The notes under the pieces: model-generated
Seen by the model: only the letters and a program-made list of their open reading frames with translations
Databases searched by the model: none
What the model was told of the DNA's origin: nothing
Translations under genes and position numbers: made by a program
Shown: one piece after another, positions 53,578 through 61,292 of the stretch
Position numbering within the stretch: the first letter of the stretch is position 1
Layout: each line of letters begins with the position of its first letter
DNA from: Candidatus Saccharibacteria bacterium QS_5_54_17
GTDB taxonomy: Bacteria; Patescibacteriota; Saccharimonadia; QS-5-54-17
Assembly: GCA_003022365.1 (NCBI GenBank)
Contig: PXOU01000013.1
Span: 1 to 61,292 of the forward strand
Reading direction: 5' to 3'
DNA length: 61,292 nucleotides

Positions 53578-53579
53578 CT

Positions 53580-54173
53580 ATGACGCGGGTATATACCACA
53601 CAAACCGGATTGACGTTGGTAGAGGTAGTCGTAGCCATCGCCGTTTTGGCATTCGCCATGGCCGCGGCCGGGGCACTGGCGACCACGACGACTCGTTCCA
53701 GCACCGAAGGCGGCCGACGTAGCCAAGCGTCCACCCTGGCCACGCGGGAATCCGAATCTCTCCGGAGCCTACAGACAAGCATTCCCCAAGAGACCGAATA
53801 CGATACACTCTATGAGTACTTACAGGAAGAAGAAGCCAGGTCAACCGGCAGCGACTGTTTCCAGTTCGTTATGCGCCAAGACGGGCGCTCCTCGACCGGC
53901 TGGACGACTATTGCTCCGGATAGCCCGGATTCCCCCGTCCGGTTCGAAAAGGCCGATTTCGCCCGGGACCCGGATAAATATTTCGAAGGCTACCAGAATT
54001 TCAGCCGATTGATAACCGCCTGCCAATCAGAGGAATACAGCGTCGAAGAAGGATATCGGGACAGTAAGTACATTATCGATGTCGGCGTCCGGGTGACATG
54101 GCGGGAGGCCGGCGATGTGACCCGGGAAGTAAAGCTCCGTGATGTCTTAACCAACCCAGGGGTTCGCTCATGA
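53580..54173 (+). CDS. Minor pilin (PilV-like)
   Basis: TQTG/LTLVEVVVAIAVLAF has Glu at +5. 197 aa. Confidence 0.7.
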   Translation: MTRVYTTQTGLTLVEVVVAIAVLAFAMAAAGALATTTTRSSTEGGRRSQASTLATRESESLRSLQTSIPQETEYDTLYEYLQEEEARSTGSDCFQFVMRQDGRSSTGWTTIAPDSPDSPVRFEKADFARDPDKYFEGYQNFSRLITACQSEEYSVEEGYRDSKYIIDVGVRVTWREAGDVTREVKLRDVLTNPGVRS

Positions 54174-54709
54174 GGCAGGGGGGTTTTACCATCGTGGAAG
54201 TTATCATCGGTATGGCCATACTTTCCATAGCTATGCTGATAGCGGTCTTAGGTTTTACCACTATCGTGCGGCTGCAAGAGAAAGCCCAGACCGCCCAGAA
54301 TATCCAGCAGAACGCCCGCTATATTGCCGAAGCCATCAACCGGGATGTCCGGAGCTCGGACAATTACCAATTGCGTAAAGATGAGAGGCGTACGCAACTA
54401 TTACTTCCCAACAGCATCGAGGGGGATTCGATGGTTCGCTACACCTATAAGGCCGAGACCGGCAATTTCTACCGATACACCTGTGAGCCGGCGTTCTGCC
54501 AAAGGCGCAACAACGACACGGAAGGCGAGAATCTAGTCCCCGAAGATATGCAGATTACCGAAATGGAGATGCGGAAGCTCAATCAAGATTCGGCCGGTAA
54601 TTCGCCGCTGCAGGTCTACATCACCGCTACCCAGCGGGAAAACCTGGAGGCAACCGATCCCTACGCCTATGAATATGACGCAACAACTATAGTGGTGCCT
54701 AGGAGATGA
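54170..54709 (+). CDS. Minor pilin (PilW-like)
   Basis: MRQGG/FTIVEVIIGMAILSI has Glu at +5. 179 aa, overlapping both neighbours. Confidence 0.7.
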   Translation: MRQGGFTIVEVIIGMAILSIAMLIAVLGFTTIVRLQEKAQTAQNIQQNARYIAEAINRDVRSSDNYQLRKDERRTQLLLPNSIEGDSMVRYTYKAETGNFYRYTCEPAFCQRRNNDTEGENLVPEDMQITEMEMRKLNQDSAGNSPLQVYITATQRENLEATDPYAYEYDATTIVVPRR

Positions 54710-55893
54710 AACATATGATGACCCCACACCGGATACCAACAAGAATTATTGCTTTCCTTCGCCGAACAGTAGGAGGGGAAGCCCGGGGAGCTTGCGCCGG
54801 CAGCGTTGCCTTGTACCTGGTTTTGATTACCTCGCTTTTGCTGATGACCACTACCATGCTGGGTGCTCGGCTGTCGGTCAGTGAATTACGCCAGTCCAGC
54901 GATATTGATCAATCCAACGGCGCCTATTATGCCGCTGAAGCCGGGGTGGAAGAGGCCAGCCGCCGATTGGATATTAATGAAGACCAACATGCCAGCCTCC
55001 AAGAAATATTCCCCGAACAATATGATGGCGATGATCTACACGGCGACCGGGCGGTACTCCTAGACAGCGACGGTGAGCGCGACATCGGCGGGAGTTTCGG
55101 TATTGAACATGATAACCGGAGCGAGCACGGGGACATCAAAGGCCGTTTGGCTTGGCGGCAACGCCGGGTTTACGAGGAGCCCCGCACTCCCCACGGCACC
55201 CTGGTCAAAGACGAAACGGTAGAGCTGGACGCCACCGACTTACGCCGTGAATGCCCCGGCAGGGACGATTATGCCGGCAAAGACGGCAAAGACTGTGACG
55301 GCCAAGATATATTCACCCGTCTGGATGCTATCCAGTTGTGCTGGGCGCCGCCGCCCGAGGATGTCGAGATGGAGTTCACCGTGCTTTCCTATCCCGAAGA
55401 CAGTCCCGACCGCGTTGATACCGATAAGTACATCACCAACGGAGTGAGTGGTTTTGCCCGGGGCGATCACAGCCGCTTGGAAAACGCTTCGGGCCAAAGG
55501 GATAGTTACCAATATTGCGCCGAAGTCCGGCGTCTGGACTCCAGTCGACGGTATATCGTCCGGGTACGCCCCCTTTTCCCGCGACTCGATCCACCGGAAG
55601 AAGGGCGTGACGCCTCTGAATACCGGGTTGATTACAAGACCAGCCTGATAGATGAAAATTCCGGCCAGCCAAATGATTTATTCATACCCGATAACACCGT
55701 GCTGATAGATGTGGTCGGCCAATCCGGGGATGTTCGCCGCCGCATTATCGCCCGGAAACAGCGCCAGGGGCGCATCCTGGGTATTTTCGATTACGTATTA
55801 TACTCGGGTAGTGATAATCTGCCCTTGTGTAAAGTCGGGGTGCAGCAATCTGACGTCCAATATAATACCGATGAGGAATGCCAAGTAGAATGA
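54706..55893 (+). CDS. PilX-like pilus assembly protein
   Basis: Hydrophobic N-terminus without Glu at +5 (GSVALYLVLITSLLLMTTTML), followed by NGAYYAAEAGVEEA, which is typical of the PilX N-terminal domain. 395 aa. Confidence 0.6.
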   Translation: MKHMMTPHRIPTRIIAFLRRTVGGEARGACAGSVALYLVLITSLLLMTTTMLGARLSVSELRQSSDIDQSNGAYYAAEAGVEEASRRLDINEDQHASLQEIFPEQYDGDDLHGDRAVLLDSDGERDIGGSFGIEHDNRSEHGDIKGRLAWRQRRVYEEPRTPHGTLVKDETVELDATDLRRECPGRDDYAGKDGKDCDGQDIFTRLDAIQLCWAPPPEDVEMEFTVLSYPEDSPDRVDTDKYITNGVSGFARGDHSRLENASGQRDSYQYCAEVRRLDSSRRYIVRVRPLFPRLDPPEEGRDASEYRVDYKTSLIDENSGQPNDLFIPDNTVLIDVVGQSGDVRRRIIARKQRQGRILGIFDYVLYSGSDNLPLCKVGVQQSDVQYNTDEECQVE

Positions 55894-55914
55894 TGAACCT
55901 CAACGGACGGATGG

Positions 55915-56607
55915 GTGCCCGTGTTCCAGCATCCGGATGAGGCCCATCAAGTCAGTCAGCCGGATGTCAGTAGTTTCGCCCGCGGCTACCAACGCGGGCT
56001 CGCCTGGGGGACTGCTCGGCGGGAGCCGATTGTCAAAACCGCCCGTTGGTCAGGCTTAGTTGCCGCGGCCATCATTTTAGCAGCAATGGTGGGGGTGTAC
56101 GGGTTCCGGTGGCAGAATGATGTTACCTACGGGGTCTCCCATGTGCTGCCGCTGCCGGCGGCAACCGTGGATAATGCCCCGATCTGGTATCGGGATTATG
56201 CCGCCCGGCTCCGCCACGCGGAAGCGGTCTATGCCCGGCAATCCAGCGGCACCGATGGGGAAGAGGTAACCGGCTTGGAAGGATATGCCATGGATCGGGC
56301 CGTGTACGATCACGTGCTCCGGGACATTGCCGACAGTCGTGACATCCGGATACGCCAATCACCCGTCCAGCAACGGTTCCAGCGGCTATATACCGGGGAT
56401 ACGGCCCGCGCCCGGCTGGCCCGGGCACCCGGGGTATCTGCTGACATACTCAAGCGGGATATCGCCAACCGGCTCTTACGCCAGGAGTTGAAGGCCCGTC
56501 TTACGGAGGCCGGTGAATTAGGGGAGCAGGACATAAACACCTGGATGTGTCAACGCGTACAACAGCGCGATGTCACTTATTGGTTACCCGGGATAACACC
56601 ATCATGA
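55915..56607 (+). CDS. N-terminally anchored hypothetical protein closing the pilin operon (230 aa)
   Basis: GTG start (uncertain), one TM (LVAAAIILAAMVGVYG), then a helical soluble domain. Confidence 0.45.
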   Translation: MPVFQHPDEAHQVSQPDVSSFARGYQRGLAWGTARREPIVKTARWSGLVAAAIILAAMVGVYGFRWQNDVTYGVSHVLPLPAATVDNAPIWYRDYAARLRHAEAVYARQSSGTDGEEVTGLEGYAMDRAVYDHVLRDIADSRDIRIRQSPVQQRFQRLYTGDTARARLARAPGVSADILKRDIANRLLRQELKARLTEAGELGEQDINTWMCQRVQQRDVTYWLPGITPS

Positions 56608-56609
56608 TA

Positions 56610-56965
56610 CTTAGTCTGACAGAAACTTATTAAACACCTCCTTGCTGTTTACTACAGGGAGGTAGTCAGCAGACAGTAGACGGTATACAGGAAACAGGAA
56701 GTAAGCAGCAAGAAGTAAGAAGTAAGTGGAAATAAAAGTGTGTTATTCCTGCCTCCTCTCTTTGTCATTCCGAACTTGTTTCGGAATCCGGCTCTGAAAC
56801 AGATCCTGAAATAAATTCAGGATGACAAGAGAGGACGATCCTGAAACAGAATCCTGAAACTGATCCCGGATCGGGGTCCGGGATGACATCTTCAGGATGA
56901 CATTCAGAGCCTGTTGCTTCTCACTCCCTGTCTGCTGTCTGCGTGCTGCTGCGGGAGACTATACC
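56610..56965. repeat. Mosaic hairpin-repeat cluster 15
   Basis: The start module at 56610 lies 3 nt after the stop at 56607. It is followed by the CACCTCC..GGGAGG hairpin, AAG-rich tracts and further hairpins. The end module is at 56913-56965. Confidence 0.85.
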
Positions 56966-56971
56966 ATGATA

Positions 56972-57000
56972 TTGCACACATACCGCCCATGGTTTATAGT
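56972..57000 (+). promoter_or_regulatory. Candidate sigma-70 promoter of pilM-pilB-pilT (near-leaderless)
   Basis: TTGCAC (56972-56977), a 17-nt spacer, then TATAGT (56995-57000). The ATG at 57009 begins 8 nt after the -10 box. Confidence 0.55.
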
Positions 57001-57008
57001 GTGGTCAA

Positions 57009-58046
57009 ATGCCTATTTTAGACAAAAACACAGACTACTTCGGACTTGATATCGGGACGACCGGCGTCCGGCTGGTGCAGCTGAAGCCGGGCAGTTCCGC
57101 CCCCAGTCTGGTAACTTATGGCGCTAAACCAACCCCGGCCGATCTTGCCAGCAGCGACTCCGAGGTGGATAAGAACAAACTGGCCGATATCATCAAACAG
57201 CTCAAAAGCGAAGCCAAGATTTCCGCCGACCAGGTGGTGACCGCCTTACCGTCCCAGCATACCTTTACCACGGTCATTAATACGCCCAAGCTCAACAATA
57301 AGGAATTGGAAAAGTCCATCAACCTCCAGGCTGATCAGTACGTGCCCATGAAAGTCGAGGACGCCAAGTTGGATTGGCATGTCATCGATCCCGACAAGGG
57401 CGAGAATGAGATGTCAGTACTGCTGGTGGCTGCGCCGAAGAATGTGGTGAATAAATATTTGTCAGTGGTAGAGAAGGCCGATCTGAACCTGCTAGCACTG
57501 GAAATCAACGCCCTGGCGCTGGCCAGAAGCGTAGTTAGCACGGGGGATTTGCCGGTGGTGGTCGTTGACTTGGGAAGTACCAGTAGTGAGATTACCATCA
57601 TTTCCGGCCGGGTGCCGCACTTGGTACGCTCAGTGGACATCGGCGGCAATACGCTGGTCCGCTCGGTCGAGCAAAACCTGAATGTGGACACCGAACAAGC
57701 GCAACAGTTCCTGCAAAAGTTCGGCGTCACCCAAACCAAATTGGAAGGGCAGGTGCTGAAAGCTATACAGGGTTCGCTTGATAATCTCATGAACGAGATT
57801 TCCAAGTCGGTCAAATACTTTACGTCCCAGAATCAGGAGGCGCAGGTTGAAAAAGCGATCCTGACCGGCGGCCCGACCGCCTTGCCGGAAATGCCGTCCT
57901 ACGCTGCCAATTCGCTCAATCTGCCGGTAGAAATCGCCAATCCGTGGGTTAACGTCAGTTACCCGGCCACCCAACAGGAAACACTTATGAATCAATCTTT
58001 GCACTTTGCGGTGGCCGTTGGGTTGGCGCAGCGATCTTTCGTCTAG
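57009..58046 (+). CDS. pilM: Type IV pilus assembly ATPase-fold protein PilM
   Basis: Actin-like fold motifs are YFGLDIGTTGVRLVQL, VVVDLGSTSSEITI and ILTGGPTALPEM. Confidence 0.85.
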   Translation: MPILDKNTDYFGLDIGTTGVRLVQLKPGSSAPSLVTYGAKPTPADLASSDSEVDKNKLADIIKQLKSEAKISADQVVTALPSQHTFTTVINTPKLNNKELEKSINLQADQYVPMKVEDAKLDWHVIDPDKGENEMSVLLVAAPKNVVNKYLSVVEKADLNLLALEINALALARSVVSTGDLPVVVVDLGSTSSEITIISGRVPHLVRSVDIGGNTLVRSVEQNLNVDTEQAQQFLQKFGVTQTKLEGQVLKAIQGSLDNLMNEISKSVKYFTSQNQEAQVEKAILTGGPTALPEMPSYAANSLNLPVEIANPWVNVSYPATQQETLMNQSLHFAVAVGLAQRSFV

Positions 58047-58090
58047 GCTTCGTTGCGGGAAGATAACAACCATCACGTTGGGAGCATGAT

Positions 58091-59881
58091 GTGTTAGTCG
58101 GTGAATCCCAGAACACATTCGAACGGCTGCTGGTCGAAGAAGGATATCTCAGTGAGGAGCAGTTAAAAAGTCTGCGCCAGGAGTCGGCTGAGCAGAATAA
58201 GTCCATCATCAATCTGATCTCCGACCGGGGTTTGATTGACAAAGAAGATATCGTCAAAACGGTCGCCAAAGCCGAGAACGTACCCTATGCTGACCTGCAC
58301 GGTTTCAAAGCCGACGAAGAGACGCTGAACTTCATCCCCAAGGATCTGGCCAAGAATTACCAAGTGGTTCCCATCGGCATGATGAATGGCCAACTGGCGG
58401 TGGGTATGGTGGACCCCACCAACTTACAGGCGGTCGATTTCATCACCCGCCGGATCGGCCAGGCCATCACTCCTCACATGGTGTCTTCGGAAAGCGTGGA
58501 GGTGGTACTGGGCCAGTACGGGGCCGACGTTTCCGAGGAAGTATCCTCAGTGGTGGGCTCGGCTGAGCAGTTTGTCCAGTCCGAAGAACAACAGCAAAAG
58601 CAGCAACAACAGGAGGGGGGAGATGTCCAGAACCTGGTCCAGGACGCGCCCATCACCCGGGCGCTGAATACCATTCTGGATTACGCGGCCCGGCTGGAGG
58701 CATCCGACATTCACATCGAACCCAGACCGGAAAACGTCAAGATCCGTTTCCGTATCGACGGCATCCTCAAAGAGATTATGACCCTTCCCAAAGGGGTGGA
58801 AGCAGCACTGGTCTCCCGGGTCAAGATCCTCTCCAGTCTGAAGATTGATGAACACCGCCAACCACAGGACGGTGAATTTCAGATGCAACACGAGGGCCGT
58901 GACATCGACCTGCGAATCGCCATCGCGCCCATCGTCTGGGGCGAACAAGTCGTCATTCGGCTGCTTGATAAGGATTCCAGCCTGCTGGATATCGATTCAC
59001 TGGGCTACAAAGGCCGGGCCCGGCGGTTGATCCATGAAGGATTACAGAAACCCTACGGCATGACCCTTTCGACCGGCCCGACCGGTTCCGGCAAGTCGAC
59101 CACCTTGTATGCCGGCATTAACACCATCCACGACCCGGCCATCAATATCATTACCCTGGAGGATCCGGTGGAGTACAAAATGAGCGGCATCAACCAGATC
59201 CAGATCAACAGCCAAATCGGCCTGACGTTTGCCAGCGGCTTACGTTCGGTGTTGCGCCAGGATCCGGACGTGGTCATGGTGGGGGAGATCCGGGACGGGG
59301 AGACGGCCGATCTGGCGGTCCAGGCCGCGCTGACCGGCCACATCGTCCTCTCCACCTTGCACACCAACTCAGCGGCCGGCGTGCTGCCGCGGCTGATCGA
59401 TATGGGGATCGAACCGTTCCTGGTCAGCTCGGTCATCAATACGGTTATCGGCCAGCGGTTAGTCCGGCGCATTTGCGATAAATGCGCCAGGGAGCGGGAA
59501 TCCACGGAGGCGGAGAACCATTCCATCCAGGAGGTTCTGGGGAGCATTCTGCCCGAGTCGGGCGAAGCCAGCCAGGAGCTCAAAGAGGATATCGGCTACG
59601 AGGTATTGCCGGGTTTGGACCAAAACGCTTATACTTTATACCAAGGAAGCGGATGCAAGGACTGCAATGGGGAGGGGTACAAAGGACGCACGGGGATTTT
59701 CGAGGTCTTTAGCATTACTGATGAGATGGAGAAAATCCTGGTGAGTGGTATGACAAGCGGGCAAGTGCAGGAGCAAGCCCAGAAAGACGGCATGATCACT
59801 ATGCGGCAAGATGGATATCTAAAAGCGTTGAACGGCGTCACGACCTTGGACGAAGTCGCCCGTGTCGCCTCGGACGCCTAA
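58091..59881 (+). CDS. pilB: Type IV pilus extension ATPase PilB (GspE family)
   Basis: N-terminal T2SSE_N-like domain, Walker A GPTGSGKST, Asp box, Walker B VVMVGEIRD, His box TGHIVLSTLHTN, and a tetracysteine motif (CDKC...CKDC). Confidence 0.9.
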   Translation: MLVGESQNTFERLLVEEGYLSEEQLKSLRQESAEQNKSIINLISDRGLIDKEDIVKTVAKAENVPYADLHGFKADEETLNFIPKDLAKNYQVVPIGMMNGQLAVGMVDPTNLQAVDFITRRIGQAITPHMVSSESVEVVLGQYGADVSEEVSSVVGSAEQFVQSEEQQQKQQQQEGGDVQNLVQDAPITRALNTILDYAARLEASDIHIEPRPENVKIRFRIDGILKEIMTLPKGVEAALVSRVKILSSLKIDEHRQPQDGEFQMQHEGRDIDLRIAIAPIVWGEQVVIRLLDKDSSLLDIDSLGYKGRARRLIHEGLQKPYGMTLSTGPTGSGKSTTLYAGINTIHDPAINIITLEDPVEYKMSGINQIQINSQIGLTFASGLRSVLRQDPDVVMVGEIRDGETADLAVQAALTGHIVLSTLHTNSAAGVLPRLIDMGIEPFLVSSVINTVIGQRLVRRICDKCARERESTEAENHSIQEVLGSILPESGEASQELKEDIGYEVLPGLDQNAYTLYQGSGCKDCNGEGYKGRTGIFEVFSITDEMEKILVSGMTSGQVQEQAQKDGMITMRQDGYLKALNGVTTLDEVARVASDA

Positions 59882-59896
59882 TGGGAGGAGGGCGAT

Positions 59897-60976
59897 ATGG
59901 CTGAAGAAGAACCAACCGGTTTGCGGATCGAACATTTATTGCAAGAGGTAGTTGATAAAGACGCCTCCGACTTGCACTTGCAGGTGGGGTTACGGCCGGT
60001 GCTGCGGATTGATGGCGCCTTAACCCCGGCACATGACGCGCCGGTGTTGGATGAGAAAATGGTGGAGAATCTGATAAATGCCATCGTCGACGACGAACAA
60101 AAACAGATTCTGGAAAAAGATAAGGAGCTTGATTTTTCCTTCGCGTTCGGCGATCTGGGGCGTTTTCGCGTCAACGCCTACCACGAGCGGGGCAATCTGG
60201 CTGCCGCGCTCCGTTTAATCCCCAGTAACATACGCAGCATCGAAGATCTGGGACTCCCCAAAGTCATGAACAGTTTTGCCGAATATCCGCGGGGATTGGT
60301 CCTGGTTACCGGCCCGACCGGCTCCGGAAAATCGACCACGCTGGCGGCGATGATTGACAAAATCAACGAAGAACGGGCGACCCACATCATTACCATTGAA
60401 GACCCCATCGAGTACACCCACCAGAATAAACAGGCGGTGGTGTCCCAACGGGAAGTACACTATGACACCTACTCGTTTGCCACTTCCTTACGCTCGACAT
60501 TGCGCCAGGATCCGGACGTGGTACTGGTCGGGGAAATGCGGGATCTGGAAACCATCGCCTCGGCCATTACCATCGCCGAGACCGGACATTTGGTCTTCGC
60601 CACCCTGCACACCAATTCGGCTGCCCAAAGCGTGGATCGTATGGTCGATGTCTTCCCGCCGCACCAGCAGCAACAGATCCGGGTCCAGCTGGCGGCTATC
60701 ATCCAGGGAGTATGTTCGCAGCGGTTAGTACCGGCCATCGGCGGCGGCCGGCTGCCGGCGGTGGAAATCATGGCGGCCAACCCGGCCGTGCGGAACATCA
60801 TCCGCGAAGGTAAGACTCACCAATTGGATTCGGCCATTCAGACCGGCGGGGAACAAGGGATGCAGTCCATGGACAAAACCTTAGTCAACATGATCCGCAG
60901 CGGTAAGATTACCTACGAAGAAGCCAAAAACTACGCGGTCGACCTGGAAGAAGTTGACCGCTTGATGCGCAATTAA
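59897..60976 (+). CDS. pilT: Twitching motility (retraction) ATPase PilT
   Basis: Contains ASDLHLQVG, GPTGSGKSTT, DVVLVGEMRD, TGHLVFATLHTN and AIRNIIREGK. 359 aa. Confidence 0.9.
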   Translation: MAEEEPTGLRIEHLLQEVVDKDASDLHLQVGLRPVLRIDGALTPAHDAPVLDEKMVENLINAIVDDEQKQILEKDKELDFSFAFGDLGRFRVNAYHERGNLAAALRLIPSNIRSIEDLGLPKVMNSFAEYPRGLVLVTGPTGSGKSTTLAAMIDKINEERATHIITIEDPIEYTHQNKQAVVSQREVHYDTYSFATSLRSTLRQDPDVVLVGEMRDLETIASAITIAETGHLVFATLHTNSAAQSVDRMVDVFPPHQQQQIRVQLAAIIQGVCSQRLVPAIGGGRLPAVEIMAANPAVRNIIREGKTHQLDSAIQTGGEQGMQSMDKTLVNMIRSGKITYEEAKNYAVDLEEVDRLMRN

Positions 60977-61037
60977 CTTGACGGGCAATTGACCCAGGAA
61001 TGGAGGTGGGGCATCCGGTGTTGCTCGCCTGGGCGTA

Positions 61038-61185
61038 GCCAATTTAGTTCGGAACTGGCTCTGCAATAGATCCTGAAACGGATCCTGAAACAAGTTCAGG
61101 ATGACAAAGAGGATTGGCATTTTTCACTTACTCCTTACTTCCTGTTCCCTGTCTGCTGTCTGCGTACTGCTGCCGGGAGACTGTA
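61038..61185. repeat. Mosaic hairpin-repeat cluster 16
   Basis: An AATTTAGTTCGGAA module is followed by ATCCTGAA/TTCAGGAT, GACAAAGAGG and a CT-rich tract. An end-module core ...CTGCTGCCGGGAGACTGTAC closes the cluster. Confidence 0.8.
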
Positions 61186-61189
61186 CGCG

Positions 61190-61286
61190 CCGGTGCACTA
61201 GTTCAGACACATCCCGTACACATTGAGCTTCTGAAAAGGAGGCTCCATGAAGTACGGTATATCCATGCAAACCTATGGAACCGTCG
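61190..61286. repeat. Right arm of the window-spanning inverted duplication (partner 1-97)
   Basis: See the feature at 1-97. The mismatches are at 61192, 61233 and 61260 by my alignment. Confidence 0.9.
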
Positions 61287-61292
61287 TTCCCG
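61247..61292 (+). CDS. 5' end of an unidentified gene running off the right edge (MKYGISMQTYGTVVP...)
   Basis: ATG at 61247 follows AAAGGAGG. It is a paralog of the minus-strand gene start at 1-40, with one amino-acid difference in 13. Confidence 0.5.
   Translation, partial: MKYGISMQTYGTVVP

Noticed and set aside
130-61185. CRISPR-array interpretation of the intergenic repeats
   Set aside because: There is no constant-length direct repeat alternating with unique spacers. The units are heterogeneous palindromes in both orientations, dispersed over 16 loci, with no cas genes in the window.
1-61292. Alternative genetic code (UGA recoding), as seen in some reduced-genome lineages
   Set aside because: Conserved genes run uninterrupted to normal lengths under the standard code and many end in TGA (e.g. 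2640, 50192, 55893). I see no in-frame TGA within any recognised domain.

Overview
GC-rich 61.3-kb chromosomal segment, coded almost entirely on the + strand. The gene content looks like a small-genome, probably monoderm bacterium; lineage cannot be fixed from sequence alone. The first 43 kb carries mostly housekeeping genes: tRNA-Ser, dnaG-rpoD plus a second sigma-70 gene, polA, dsbB-like, LysM-Rpf, mutM, holA, rpsT, truB-rpsO-pnp, a family-4 UDG, rnj, ftsK, rpsF-ssb-rpsR, efp, tlyA and ychF. The last 17 kb is a secretin-less type IV pilus locus in three blocks: a 1495-aa secreted giant protein with pilN-pilO-pilC; pilA with four minor pilins; and pilM-pilB-pilT. The most unusual signal is non-coding. 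Sixteen intergenic spacers (about 5.7 kb, roughly 9% of the window by my coordinates) are filled with a modular mosaic of short hairpin repeats. These arrays have a conserved start module just after stop codons and a conserved end module just before the next gene. The hairpin subfamilies show arm-to-arm covariation, and one palindrome-flanked 40-bp sub-module occurs in both orientations and in a collapsed form. I do not recognise this repeat family, and no transposase or integrase lies in the window. Other notable points: (1) the window ends are a ~97-bp inverted duplication covering the leader and start of two paralogous divergent genes; (2) the tRNA-Ser 3' end is duplicated beside a low-GC islet; (3) two membrane-protein genes are tandem paralogs; (4) many genes have a -10 box 6-10 nt before the start codon, suggesting leaderless mRNAs; (5) an HD-domain gene is frameshifted; (6) a DHH-like protein has lost its catalytic motifs and carries a ~390-aa Gln/Ser/Gly tail; (7) a low-GC four-helix-bundle gene cassette is bracketed by inverted 11-mers; (8) EF-P has an Arg-type loop. 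All calls come from reading the sequence and ORF translations; no database search was run.
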